A stretch of 64,000 nt of DNA from Vampirovibrionaceae bacterium NZW_1234 (GCA_041697335.1 JBGUGD010000035.1:1-64000), one strand, 5' to 3'; shown: positions 33,374 through 42,570, numbered from the stretch's first letter. The notes: a model not told the origin generated them from the sequence alone. A program made the numbers and translations.

Positions 33374-33420
33374 TGGTGGGCGGTACAAGATTCGAACTTG
33401 TGACCCCTTCCGTGTGAAGG
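33374..33420 (-). repeat. tRNA-Val(CAC) 3'-half, att site of integrated element (not a complete tRNA)
   Basis: Reverse complement CCTTCACACGGAAGGGGTCACAAGTTCGAATCTTGTACCGCCCACCA = anticodon loop, T-arm, acceptor 3' strand and CCA; no D-arm or 5' acceptor strand next to it. Confidence 0.88.
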
Positions 33421-33695
33421 ATACGGTACAAACCTTTACACAGAGCCAATTTTGCCATATGTCATTGTAAAAAATCTAATATTCTCGAAATTTTATGTCC
33501 CCAAAATAGCACTTTATGTCCCAGTTTTTGAACCATCATAAGCACAAAGTAATACTTCACCTAGCTTTGGAACCCTACCCAACAATCCGCAGAGGACATA
33601 AATAGGTCATAAAATGATGCTAAACATATTTAATATGACCAAAGTGAGCCGAGAAAGGCTCAGATCAATTGTATTTTATGTGTATAGAAAAACAG

Positions 33696-35339
33696 CTAGT
33701 ATAATCCAACACGTTTCCTGAGCTGCTCAACACATCCATGTAATGCATCAGGACCATCGTCATGGCTCGTTGGGAACAGTTGCATCTGCGAAATCAACCG
33801 TGGGGTTATATCGATATTGAAAAGCAGATGCCCGTTAGTGACTAAGGGCTCCATGCTGGCAATACGCTTTTCCTTGTTGCGATGCTGGGTAACACCCGAC
33901 AGAATAAAGGATTCACCATGCCGATTCATCAGATCTCGGTAATGATGCTTCAAAATGCCTTGGAAATTGTTATCCTCCACGCACAGTTTACGGAATCCCC
34001 ACTTTTTGTGTAACGCCAATGCCTGTTCGATTTGCCGAGACGGTACCACTTTTTCGATGTACGCATCCAGACAATAGATATGGCCGTAGCGATCACCTGC
34101 ACATACCACAATGGCAGCATAATCCGAATCTTTACCTTCAGCCATGGACGGATCATGAAATGCGACAATGGGAGAGAAATCCCGCCAGGGGATAAACCGC
34201 TCTGACGCGTCCAACCAGCGAACACCCAGAGGTTCACCACTCGTGTCGTATTCCATTTTGAAGCGCTGGGCGCGGTTCATATCAAAAATTTGACGTTCTG
34301 GGTCATAGGGATCGTTTTGCTTTTCCGATTGGAAGCTGGCTTGCCCTTCATTGACCATGACCTGCATCAAACGAAGGTAGGATTCGGCCTCAGGCCAGAG
34401 CACCTCCGTACCTTCCAGCATCTCTGCTTGGTGAGACTCATAAAAGGCTTGGGCGGCTTTGGCCCGATCCGGATTGGTCAGGTCGGTGTAAATACGTCTC
34501 CACTCCTCCCATAGAGCCTGGTTTTGGGCAAACGAAATGACTGCCTGATACTTCCTGCCATTCCAACCGGGAGAAACCAATAACTCAGGCAGTAAGGCTT
34601 CTGGGTGTAGGCATGTCCCAATCACCATCACATTGGCCTGACCATCAACACTGCCCAACTTCAGAATGTCTTTTTCGAGCCATTGCCGTGTTTTATAACG
34701 CTGCTCCTCGCTCAACACCTTATCCGGTGACTCAATATCATCCAAGATAATCAATGTAGGACGATATTGACCATGTTTGAGTCCTCGGACCTGTTTCCCT
34801 CGAGATTTGGCCATGACCCGAATATCATTCTGAGTAACGAAGTTCTTGGTGCTCCACCCCAACTGCCCTTTTGTGGGTGCCAAACAGCCATAGACCTCCT
34901 GCAGCAACGCATTATTCTCAAGCTCCAATAAAATATCCCGGACTTTGGCTTCAGCCTCTGGAGCGGAGTGCCCAAAGATGAGTATAAAATGCTCATAACC
35001 ATAGACAATGCTGTGGAGTGCTCGAAACAATACCTTAAACGTCGTTTTTGCATGCCCCCGGGGTGCGGCAATAGCATCACGCTGCCCTCGACGCAGCGGA
35101 TCCATCTCTGCCGCAATAAAATCCAAGTGCATTGGTGAAAAGGGGTACCCGCAATGATGAGGGAAAAAGGTTTCGACAAAAAAGCGAAAGTCAAAGAACC
35201 CACGGATATAGAGATACTCTCTGCGGGCCTGATCCGAAACATTCGGATCCTTAATCTGGTTTAAGTAGGTCGAGTCGCTCAATAGCTTTTTGGAGTTCGG
35301 CTGAGAGAGAAGGTGTTGCAGCGGGTGCCGGCTCACCAA
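33696..35339 (-). CDS. terL: Phage terminase large subunit
   Basis: Walker A AAPRGHAKTT, Walker B LIILDDIE, IGT coupling motif, RNase-H-like nuclease FHDPS...SDY...HDDGPDAL. Confidence 0.92.
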   Translation of the reverse strand: MVSRHPLQHLLSQPNSKKLLSDSTYLNQIKDPNVSDQARREYLYIRGFFDFRFFVETFFPHHCGYPFSPMHLDFIAAEMDPLRRGQRDAIAAPRGHAKTTFKVLFRALHSIVYGYEHFILIFGHSAPEAEAKVRDILLELENNALLQEVYGCLAPTKGQLGWSTKNFVTQNDIRVMAKSRGKQVRGLKHGQYRPTLIILDDIESPDKVLSEEQRYKTRQWLEKDILKLGSVDGQANVMVIGTCLHPEALLPELLVSPGWNGRKYQAVISFAQNQALWEEWRRIYTDLTNPDRAKAAQAFYESHQAEMLEGTEVLWPEAESYLRLMQVMVNEGQASFQSEKQNDPYDPERQIFDMNRAQRFKMEYDTSGEPLGVRWLDASERFIPWRDFSPIVAFHDPSMAEGKDSDYAAIVVCAGDRYGHIYCLDAYIEKVVPSRQIEQALALHKKWGFRKLCVEDNNFQGILKHHYRDLMNRHGESFILSGVTQHRNKEKRIASMEPLVTNGHLLFNIDITPRLISQMQLFPTSHDDGPDALHGCVEQLRKRVGLY

Positions 35340-35700
35340 CGAATCCTCCTTTCAAGTTAGGATTGGTGCGGTGTACTTCAAGTTGGGTACGAAGAATCTG
35401 ATTCAGAACTTTACGATCCGGGTTTTTCGAATTCTGCTCGGCAGCAAATAGTTCATCGACACGCTCCCACAGGAGTCCCCGTTCTTCATCCGATGCTTGA
35501 CGACCGATACTTGCAAGGATTTGACGTGCGCGTTCAATAGCCCGATTTGCTGTTCTAGCAGAGATGCCCTCACTTTGCATGAGTGCATTACGGATTTTGC
35601 GATCCGAGAAACGACGCTTGGTGATGAGCTCCAAAACCTGATCCACCCGCTTCTCTAACATTTCCCTGGTCGCTCGTTTACGTTTGGGCTTGGCCATCAT
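35251..35700 (-). CDS. Putative terminase small subunit / HTH protein
   Basis: Overlaps terL start; basic N-terminus and HTH-like SDRKIRNALMQSEGISARTANRAI; position-based call. Confidence 0.55.
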   Translation of the reverse strand: MMAKPKRKRATREMLEKRVDQVLELITKRRFSDRKIRNALMQSEGISARTANRAIERARQILASIGRQASDEERGLLWERVDELFAAEQNSKNPDRKVLNQILRTQLEVHRTNPNLKGGFVGEPAPAATPSLSAELQKAIERLDLLKPD

Positions 35701-36322
35701 CCACCTCATGACAAGAAAGTGCATCACGACAAATGGCCACCAGTGCATCACCCTGATCTGATTGGCGGCGAGCTTGATAAAACGCAAGGGCTTCTCGGAC
35801 CAATGCGGCATCTTCCGCAGAAAGCATAAACCCAAAAGGGACTGGAAGGGTTTGCCGCTCCTCCTCCATTTGAGCGTCAAACGCCTTCTCCAGGGCATCT
35901 TCATCCTGTTTGATCAGTGCCAGTAACCCTTCGATTTCTTCCCCGCTTTCAGGCAGCATTAAAGACAGATCGTTCAAGGAAAACGGCCCCAGCAACGACT
36001 CAATCAGTTCAGCCCGCTTCCTGGGCATATCCGTGCCCCTTAAACGGTTTAATGTCAGCAGCAATAACCCGGCTTCTTCATCCGTCATCTCCTTAATCTG
36101 GCAGTCAATTTCCTTCCAGCCCAGTAACTGTGCAACCATCAAGCGATGGTGACCATCCACGACAATATAGTGTTTAGATCGCTTAGGATGTGGGCGTACC
36201 AACAGGGACGGACAAAATCCGGAACGCTCCATATGGCGGCGCAGTTTTTCAAGGACGGATGGGCCACAAACATTGGCATTCCGGGGGTCAGGATGCAATT
36301 GTTTCAGGGCAATCCGTGTCAT
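35678..36322 (-). CDS. ParB/Srx N-terminal domain protein
   Basis: LHPDPRNAN, SGFCPSLLV, IVVDGHHRL, LNRLRG. Confidence 0.85.
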   Translation of the reverse strand: MTRIALKQLHPDPRNANVCGPSVLEKLRRHMERSGFCPSLLVRPHPKRSKHYIVVDGHHRLMVAQLLGWKEIDCQIKEMTDEEAGLLLLTLNRLRGTDMPRKRAELIESLLGPFSLNDLSLMLPESGEEIEGLLALIKQDEDALEKAFDAQMEEERQTLPVPFGFMLSAEDAALVREALAFYQARRQSDQGDALVAICRDALSCHEVDDGQAQT

Positions 36323-37392
36323 ACCATTCCTCCTTCCGGGTAGGCCAGTACCAATAATTCCTGATTATTCTTATTTTTACTGACATGACTTAAGTGACGA
36401 TATCGTTTGGCATACCCTTCGACGATTCGGGGACCGGCATGAACACTCACCATGGCTTTAAGGTCTTCCAAAGACAGATCGGGCCCCCCATAGCTGAGAA
36501 GCCAAACGGGTATATGATCCGCTTGGGCCAGGAGAGCATTGAGAGTCTCCGTGTTTTTGGAAAAGGCAGAGACCTGAGGACAGGCCGACAAGGGGTTGCC
36601 CATCAGCAGTGCATCCAAAACCTCATTGGCTTTTTCATAGGACACGGTACCGGCATACGGCGGATCTAAATACAAGATGTCCCCCTGGACTTTGGAAAGC
36701 AAGGAAATGGCATCTTCCTGATACACCTGAACCGATGAGCCTCCTATTACGCCACCATTAATTTGGCTGCGCTTCGTTTCGAGACTTTTCCAGACAGGTT
36801 GGCACAGACGCTTTAAACTCCCATCCGTAAATCGCTTGGGGTTAATGGAATCCCAAGAACGCTTGCCATCAAGGGCTTCTGCAAAAGGGCGGTTGCTGGT
36901 CCCCAAGGAAGAGCCGAATGCCACGAAATCGCTCGCTAGCTTCCACATGAGAACCAACAAAAGCGCTTGCTTCACGGGATCCGGGTGTTGCTTGGCCCAG
37001 TAGAACCCTTGATCCAAAGCCCGGGCATGGCGCATCGAAAAAACCGACGGACAATATCGAGCTTCAATCCAACCCGGACCTTGAGCCAGAGGCTGGGTAA
37101 GCCACAGGGTATCTTCCTTGTTGAGTTGTACGCGTTGGTTGGTTAAAAAGGCGGTCGCCAAGATCCCTGAGCGAATGGAAATATCGTTGGCGATGACTTG
37201 CTGAAACCCTTGAGCTTTGGCCCAATATGAAACGGCTCCACCTCCCATGAATAAATCGATAAAAGTCAGTTGATTCCACCTGATTGGTGGACAAGCCTTG
37301 GTCAGCGTTGTACCAATCCAGCCAAGAAGCTTTCGTTTGTTTCCAAAGTAAGCCGGTAAAGCTTGGATTTGCTTTTGCAAAGGTGTCGACAT
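36319..37392 (-). CDS. DNA adenine methyltransferase (D12/Dam-like class)
   Basis: YFGNKRKL, DLFMGGGAVS, ANDI, LYLDPPY, LLSY, ELL. Confidence 0.9.
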   Translation of the reverse strand: MSTPLQKQIQALPAYFGNKRKLLGWIGTTLTKACPPIRWNQLTFIDLFMGGGAVSYWAKAQGFQQVIANDISIRSGILATAFLTNQRVQLNKEDTLWLTQPLAQGPGWIEARYCPSVFSMRHARALDQGFYWAKQHPDPVKQALLLVLMWKLASDFVAFGSSLGTSNRPFAEALDGKRSWDSINPKRFTDGSLKRLCQPVWKSLETKRSQINGGVIGGSSVQVYQEDAISLLSKVQGDILYLDPPYAGTVSYEKANEVLDALLMGNPLSACPQVSAFSKNTETLNALLAQADHIPVWLLSYGGPDLSLEDLKAMVSVHAGPRIVEGYAKRYRHLSHVSKNKNNQELLVLAYPEGGMV

Positions 37393-37494
37393 TACAGAAA
37401 CCTTTCCTCTTGTAGAAATCACCTTAATTATTGCCTCCGCTATAGGCATTCATCTATAATTACAACCATACATATTGTCGACAGCTACAAATAC

Positions 37495-38331
37495 ATGACC
37501 AAAAAGACTTATCCCTACCTTAGGAAGGTGTTTGAAGAACTCCTCCTTTCTAAAGGAGCAGATTTCAAAACTGTCCTGGATTTCACCAACGTTTTAAACA
37601 CGCATAGCATACAAACCCTGTATGACAGCCTTGAGTTAAAAGGAATTGAATTTTACACAACATTTATTGAACCTTGGCGCAATTTGACCGATGAGCAATT
37701 AACCCAGGTGGTCGCCCTTTGGAATGCACACTTATTAACTCACCGTCAATGGGTCATGAACATAACCACGTCTTGCGATTACCGTGCCCTGCAATGGACA
37801 CTGGTCAATGTGTATGAGACCCAGCTATTTGATGTTTTTCTGGATGATTATGAATCAGAACTATCTTGCAAAGGCCCGATTGAACAATTGGATTGGATAA
37901 CCCACTCGTTTGTTGCCCCGATCTACTCACTTCCCTATAAACAATGTCGATTTTGTGGACGCTTAGACACCGATCCCAGAGGTAGAGCATTTGGAAAAAG
38001 AAACCTCAATTTTTGCCACCTTACTGGTTGTCCTTCGGATCCAAGCCCAAGCTCTCACCCAACCGGCTGTTGCTATGGCGATTGGAAACGCATCAAGAAC
38101 AATATTCGCCTCCAGTGCAAACGGACAGAGCAGGAGCCGCAAAAAGTCATTCAAGCATTTATTCAATTTGTCAAAGAACGTTATGAGCATAACGTTCAAG
38201 TTAATAAAATCATGGTTCGGGTTCAACAGGAAAAACCGAAAAAATGGGCCTCTGTTGCCGATCAAACAGCTATTTTCGTATATCCAAACGAACATCCTGC
38301 CTCTGTCGTGCCACGTGAGTCTATATTTTAA
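37495..38331 (+). CDS. Hypothetical protein with Cys/His-rich putative zinc finger
   Basis: CRFC...FCHLTGC...HPTGCC; divergent from the MTase operon. Confidence 0.6.
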   Translation: MTKKTYPYLRKVFEELLLSKGADFKTVLDFTNVLNTHSIQTLYDSLELKGIEFYTTFIEPWRNLTDEQLTQVVALWNAHLLTHRQWVMNITTSCDYRALQWTLVNVYETQLFDVFLDDYESELSCKGPIEQLDWITHSFVAPIYSLPYKQCRFCGRLDTDPRGRAFGKRNLNFCHLTGCPSDPSPSSHPTGCCYGDWKRIKNNIRLQCKRTEQEPQKVIQAFIQFVKERYEHNVQVNKIMVRVQQEKPKKWASVADQTAIFVYPNEHPASVVPRESIF

Positions 38332-38359
38332 GCTTGAATCTGCAGAGCTCTGCGGATTC

Positions 38360-38713
38360 CTAATACGGGTCACCCAATGGAAAACATAGAGTCGTTTTTG
38401 GAATAGGAACTGCTTCAATCAGCCCCTCCTGCTTGGCCCATTTAAAAAACATGCACAATACTCGATACGTCTTTTTAACCGTTTGAGGTGCCCTCGGTTT
38501 ACCATTGGTCAGAGCAAGCAATTCATCGGATTTCATGAATTTACCCACCTGAAATTTCATAATGGACGTAAGCGGTTTATCCGGTCCAAAAAAGCGTTGA
38601 ATTTGCTCAAAATCTTTGCCATAGGTGTACAACGTGCGAGGGGATTTACCTGCCTTGGCCAAGCACTCCATGTAAGCTTGGATGGCTCCTTTAAGAGTAA
38701 TGTTTGGAGTCAT
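38360..38713 (-). CDS. Stand-alone phage-integrase N-terminal SAM-like domain protein
   Basis: AYMECLAKAGKSPRTLYTYGKDF...APQTVKKTYRVLCMFFKWAKQEGLI; AAGGAG RBS. Confidence 0.75.
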   Translation of the reverse strand: MTPNITLKGAIQAYMECLAKAGKSPRTLYTYGKDFEQIQRFFGPDKPLTSIMKFQVGKFMKSDELLALTNGKPRAPQTVKKTYRVLCMFFKWAKQEGLIEAVPIPKTTLCFPLGDPY

Positions 38714-38764
38714 TATTCTCTCCTTTAAGTTCAAAAGATAAATCTATACTTGATCATCTAAATA

Positions 38765-39634
38765 CTACTCCCAGCTTTGCATGGCCTGAATCGTTTCATC
38801 CTCAGTTGTCATGCAATATGAGCGGGTCGTTGTGATACAGCTATGGCCACAGGCAATTTGCAACATCGGTAAGGGACGACCTTTGTTGGCATTAATCGTG
38901 ACAAATGCTCGGCGCAATGCGTGAGGTGTCACTTTCACTCCGGCCTTTTTGCCTAACTTCTCTATTCGCTCTCGAATACCATAGCGTGTTATTGGCTTAC
39001 TGTGTTTATCAAGAAACAGATAAGCATTTCCACTAAAAGGTTGTCTTGTAACAAGATATTGTTCCAGTACTTCCAAAAGGTGAGGTGATAACCCTACTCG
39101 TCTAGATTTTCCCCATTTAGCTACTTGAATGGTTAATACCTTGCTCTCCAAATCCAAGTCGTTGATTCTCAAATTTGCCGCTTCAGATACCCTAAGCCCT
39201 GTTGAACTGAGTAATATCAACAACGTCTTATCCAATAACACATTGGCCTTATCTAGCATAAGCTGAATCTCTGGTTCAGAAACCGTCGTCTTTCGTGGTG
39301 GCAAATGACGCTTTGGCTTGTATCGTTTAGCCTGCTCCAAATAGTCTTCTGTAAGCTGACCCTCTTCGATAAGGAATTTGGCAAAGCAATTAAGCGCTTG
39401 ATATAACTTGAACCGCTTTGCAAACTGCTCTGGAGGAATCTCTAGCATCGTAAGCTTTAAATTTTGGATAGAAACTAGCTCATATTTCTTTAAAAACCAC
39501 TTGGCATAGAGTAGATAAGTTGAAACACTATGCTCACTAAACGGCCTTCCTCCCATTAACCCACATCGCATTGCTTTTTCCCAATAAGGCAAAAACTCAA
39601 TCTGATTTGTAGATGAGGTTCTCAAGGCTTGCAT
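38765..39634 (-). CDS. Tyrosine recombinase/integrase
   Basis: Catalytic R (TGLRVSE), K (AKWGK), HxxR (HALRR), H (GHS), Y (TTRSY) all present. Confidence 0.93.
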   Translation of the reverse strand: MQALRTSSTNQIEFLPYWEKAMRCGLMGGRPFSEHSVSTYLLYAKWFLKKYELVSIQNLKLTMLEIPPEQFAKRFKLYQALNCFAKFLIEEGQLTEDYLEQAKRYKPKRHLPPRKTTVSEPEIQLMLDKANVLLDKTLLILLSSTGLRVSEAANLRINDLDLESKVLTIQVAKWGKSRRVGLSPHLLEVLEQYLVTRQPFSGNAYLFLDKHSKPITRYGIRERIEKLGKKAGVKVTPHALRRAFVTINANKGRPLPMLQIACGHSCITTTRSYCMTTEDETIQAMQSWE

Positions 39635-39841
39635 TACTATGTTCTCCTATGTTCGTATCCTTGGGGACACATCCATCACTTACTTAAGGAGTAACATCAA
39701 GTCTTGAGTTCAAGATATAGGTTGAGATGCATGACTAAACATGTAAACATCGTAGAACCTTTGGCATTGACCAAAGGTGACAAGCAAATCTAAATCAATT
39801 CCCAGAGTTTAATAAATAGCGTGGAGAGGAGGCTCCTAACA

Positions 39842-40069
39842 ATGACAGAGCAGAAGAAGAAAACGACATGCCAATTAGATGAAGTGCTTCTCAATAATCT
39901 GGAAATAATTGCAGAAGCAGAAGGTCGCTTGCTTGAGGCCGTTCTAGAAGAAGCCGTGGCCAATTACATCAGACAGAAAATTTCGGATCAACCCAAAGCT
40001 TCGACCATAGAACACTTTCAGTTGAGCCTGGAAAAAAATCGCAAGTTGGGTGAGTTGTTGTCCGAGTAA
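39842..40069 (+). CDS. Ribbon-helix-helix antitoxin-like protein
   Basis: KKTTCQLDEVLLNNL...EEAVANYI RHH pattern; C-terminal SLEKNRKLGELLSE; GGAGG RBS. Confidence 0.65.
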   Translation: MTEQKKKTTCQLDEVLLNNLEIIAEAEGRLLEAVLEEAVANYIRQKISDQPKASTIEHFQLSLEKNRKLGELLSE

Positions 40070-40143
40070 AATAATAATCCACCATAGAAATTTTGGTAAT
40101 ACACAAAGCCGTTATCGATATGCTTTATTGCAGCCACAGCTAG
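40066..40143 (+). pseudogene. Remnant N-terminus of a Doc/Fic-like toxin
   Basis: Frame reads V-K-*-*-STIEILVIHKAVID, overlapping the antitoxin stop; resembles the Doc-family 'YLT.EEIL.IH..LI' start. Confidence 0.5.
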
Positions 40144-40308
40144 GATTGAAGTATCTTATACAGATGCCCATCCATTTTTAATGCAATTTATTGATACTCG
40201 AACTTTAAATGTGATCAACCTGCTGCACCAATTGCTTCAAAGTCGTATATCATCTCATGAAGCAACGGAGCCCATAAGAATGGCTAGACTAAAAAGAGCA
40301 AAGTATCC

Positions 40309-40671
40309 TTATTGATGCTTGTATATGGCTGCACGCCCGCCAGTTTTGGTGTAACCGTATTCCACTGGGCCTCCGTTCATGGTGGGATTCCCTACTTCAA
40401 AAGGATTCTTTATCAGGCTTCGGGCATAGTCATAGGCATCAGCAAAGCGCCAGTTACTGGTATCCCCGGCATTTTTAAGATCTTTGTCATACAACAGCAC
40501 AACTTCATCCTGGCGATTGTCAAAGGGAAATTCCTGGCGCCACTCGCGAACTTCTTTATTGCGATCATTGCGGCGGGCAAAGCCAATTTCCTGGCCGATG
40601 TAACGCTCAATAGTGTGCTTGGGACGAACGATATGGGCCATGCCGGAAAATTGAACAGTCATGAAACGCAT
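40309..40671 (-). CDS. Hypothetical protein with N-terminal VQFSG motif
   Basis: GAGGAG RBS; 120 aa. Confidence 0.65.
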   Translation of the reverse strand: MRFMTVQFSGMAHIVRPKHTIERYIGQEIGFARRNDRNKEVREWRQEFPFDNRQDEVVLLYDKDLKNAGDTSNWRFADAYDYARSLIKNPFEVGNPTMNGGPVEYGYTKTGGRAAIYKHQ

Positions 40672-40754
40672 CTCCTCATATTAAACCTGTCTGCAACGTA
40701 GCAAACAAACGAATGGGTCTAAAAAGATCCTCAACAGTCAAAATTGCCCCGAGC

Positions 40755-41996
40755 TCACTTAGCCTGTTTTGGAATCATACTGTATGACGCAGGGGTGATT
40801 AGATCGTCACAGAGAGCTCTTGGGCTGGCAAAAGAGGTGCCTTCCAAGGGGGGCAAGTAATCATCCGGCCGATAGAGACAGCCTTGTGCATCAATGGCAT
40901 AGACCGTAATCTCGGAGCTTAGGGGACGTAAACGGACATAAAGTTTGTTGTCTGCCTTGGCCGGTGTTTCTCCCTGCCATTGGCGATACAGGCGCATCGG
41001 GAAAATTACTTGAGATAAGGATGCTGGGAGAGGCCTCTGGGGATGACGAACCTTGGACTCCAGTAAAGGCAACTGACCTGGAACAGCCAAGTGTTGCGTA
41101 GCAGGCTGCCCCAAAAGCGAATCAGAAAGCATCGCCAAAGGGACATGTAACGGGGTAGGCCCCTCTATTACGAGACCTTTAAGCGTACTTCCCACCCAGT
41201 TCGAATGAATATCATAGACGCCCTGGGCATAGCGGCTCACCCATGCCGTCGGGGTCGAAAATGGTGCGAGTTTGTTTTGGCGAGTGTGTGCACCCACCGC
41301 TGTCACACCAGGAATCATCCCAAGCAAATTGGGGTCTCCGTCATTGCCAACAGCCGCATATATTTCAAGACCTTGTTTGATCAGGCGTTGCAAAGCATTA
41401 CAAATAGGCTGTAAATCACAAATCATGGCTTTTTTGTGTCTGAGGTTGGCCAGTTTTCTTTGTAAGCCGGACGTGGCTTTCTCTAGTTCTTCAAAGGAAA
41501 GCCTTTCACTTTGGTAACACTCTCCCAATTGTTTTTGAAGCGCTTTGAGCGTCGCCATAACGGTCGGCTTAGCTTGAGCCGCACGGGTCATCTGAGTGAT
41601 CCATTTCTCACGGATTTCTGAAGAGCTTCTAGAATGAAGAGCCAGGCCTGTAAGTTTGGCTAGTTGGGGCAAGGTCAAGGCAGTGGGTGAGAAAGACACG
41701 TTAATGACCCGAATGGGGAGACCTTGCCTTTGCCAAGCTTGGACTTGCTTGAGGCTGCGTATGGCCTGACGTGGAGATTGGTGAGCTTCCAGGAGGCGCA
41801 CATCTAAATCGGGACGCCAGTTTGAAATCATCTTCTGGATGACCTCTCCATGTGCTAGATCCGGTATGCCATCATTGTCTAAGTCAATGGACCGGGTACG
41901 GGCTTCGTCTAATACGACCACAATGGGTCTTGGAGTAGGCTGTGGCCCTTGTGATATAACGGACAGACTCATGAAAAACCTCAAATTTGAGGTCAT
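40755..41996 (-). CDS. S8 (subtilisin-like) serine peptidase
   Basis: VVVLD (Asp), HGEVI (His), VINVS, AAVGNDG (oxyanion Asn), EGTSFASP (Ser). Confidence 0.8.
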   Translation of the reverse strand: MTSNLRFFMSLSVISQGPQPTPRPIVVVLDEARTRSIDLDNDGIPDLAHGEVIQKMISNWRPDLDVRLLEAHQSPRQAIRSLKQVQAWQRQGLPIRVINVSFSPTALTLPQLAKLTGLALHSRSSSEIREKWITQMTRAAQAKPTVMATLKALQKQLGECYQSERLSFEELEKATSGLQRKLANLRHKKAMICDLQPICNALQRLIKQGLEIYAAVGNDGDPNLLGMIPGVTAVGAHTRQNKLAPFSTPTAWVSRYAQGVYDIHSNWVGSTLKGLVIEGPTPLHVPLAMLSDSLLGQPATQHLAVPGQLPLLESKVRHPQRPLPASLSQVIFPMRLYRQWQGETPAKADNKLYVRLRPLSSEITVYAIDAQGCLYRPDDYLPPLEGTSFASPRALCDDLITPASYSMIPKQAK

Positions 41997-42536
41997 GATA
42001 GCAGAAGCCCTTGAGAGAGCCCAGAGAACGGATTAATCTATGCCGGTTCTAAGAGAAGGAGCCCTGGATGCCCGTAGGGGCAAAACGCTCTTGAAACCTT
42101 CCTGTTTCTTATATTTTAAGCGACACACGAAATGCTTTACCATACTGACCTGGGATGGTAAACTAAAGCTAATAGCAAATACGAGATTTACGTAAGCGGA
42201 CCCCACATTTGGGTCCTTTTTTATGCCTTATAGATTTTGTTTCTGAGTTATTGACTGGTTGAATCAACTTTCATCTCTGAGAACCCTTATCCTTGATAGT
42301 CTTCTTACATCTAAAGCAAAATAGGCGTTTAAATCCGACCTTACAAGATGGATTCTCTACTTGTCCTTCAGTCCTCTCATCCATGAACTTTGGCTTGGTG
42401 ATACGCTCATTCTAGCCTTCTAAGTATTTGATTAAATTGAGACTCTTCTATTGAAGCAAGTGTGATATTGCATAGGTTGATTCAAAACAGTTGGATCATC
42501 CGGTTATTGAGCGCATATACGGCAATTTAAAAATTC

Positions 42537-42570
42537 ACTAGCACAAAACTTCTTAAGAATGTTTTTATAT
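42537..42570 (+). promoter_or_regulatory. Bipartite motif ACTAGCACAAA-N12-TGTTTTTATAT (copy 1)
   Basis: Both 11-mers and the spacing are identical to 46783-46816; lies upstream of ORF 42651. Confidence 0.65.

Larger units (their letters stand above)
33374..40143. mobile_element. tRNA-Val-anchored integrative element with integrase, MTase, ParB and terminase genes (right boundary approximate)
   Basis: att scar at left; tyrosine recombinase and phage-type genes; host-like orphans resume at about 40.3 kb. Confidence 0.7.

Noticed and set aside
33374..33420. Functional tRNA-Val gene
   Set aside because: Only anticodon loop to CCA is present; adjacent sequence cannot form the D-arm or 5' acceptor strand
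36319..37392. Type II restriction-modification system
   Set aside because: No recognisable endonuclease partner; the MTase is coupled to ParB/terminase genes as in phage packaging regions
33696..39634. Intact prophage
   Set aside because: No portal, capsid, tail, lysis or replication genes in the window
42198..42222. Orphan terminator-like hairpin implying an upstream sRNA
   Set aside because: 6-bp stem with T-run is present but no convincing promoter or ORF upstream
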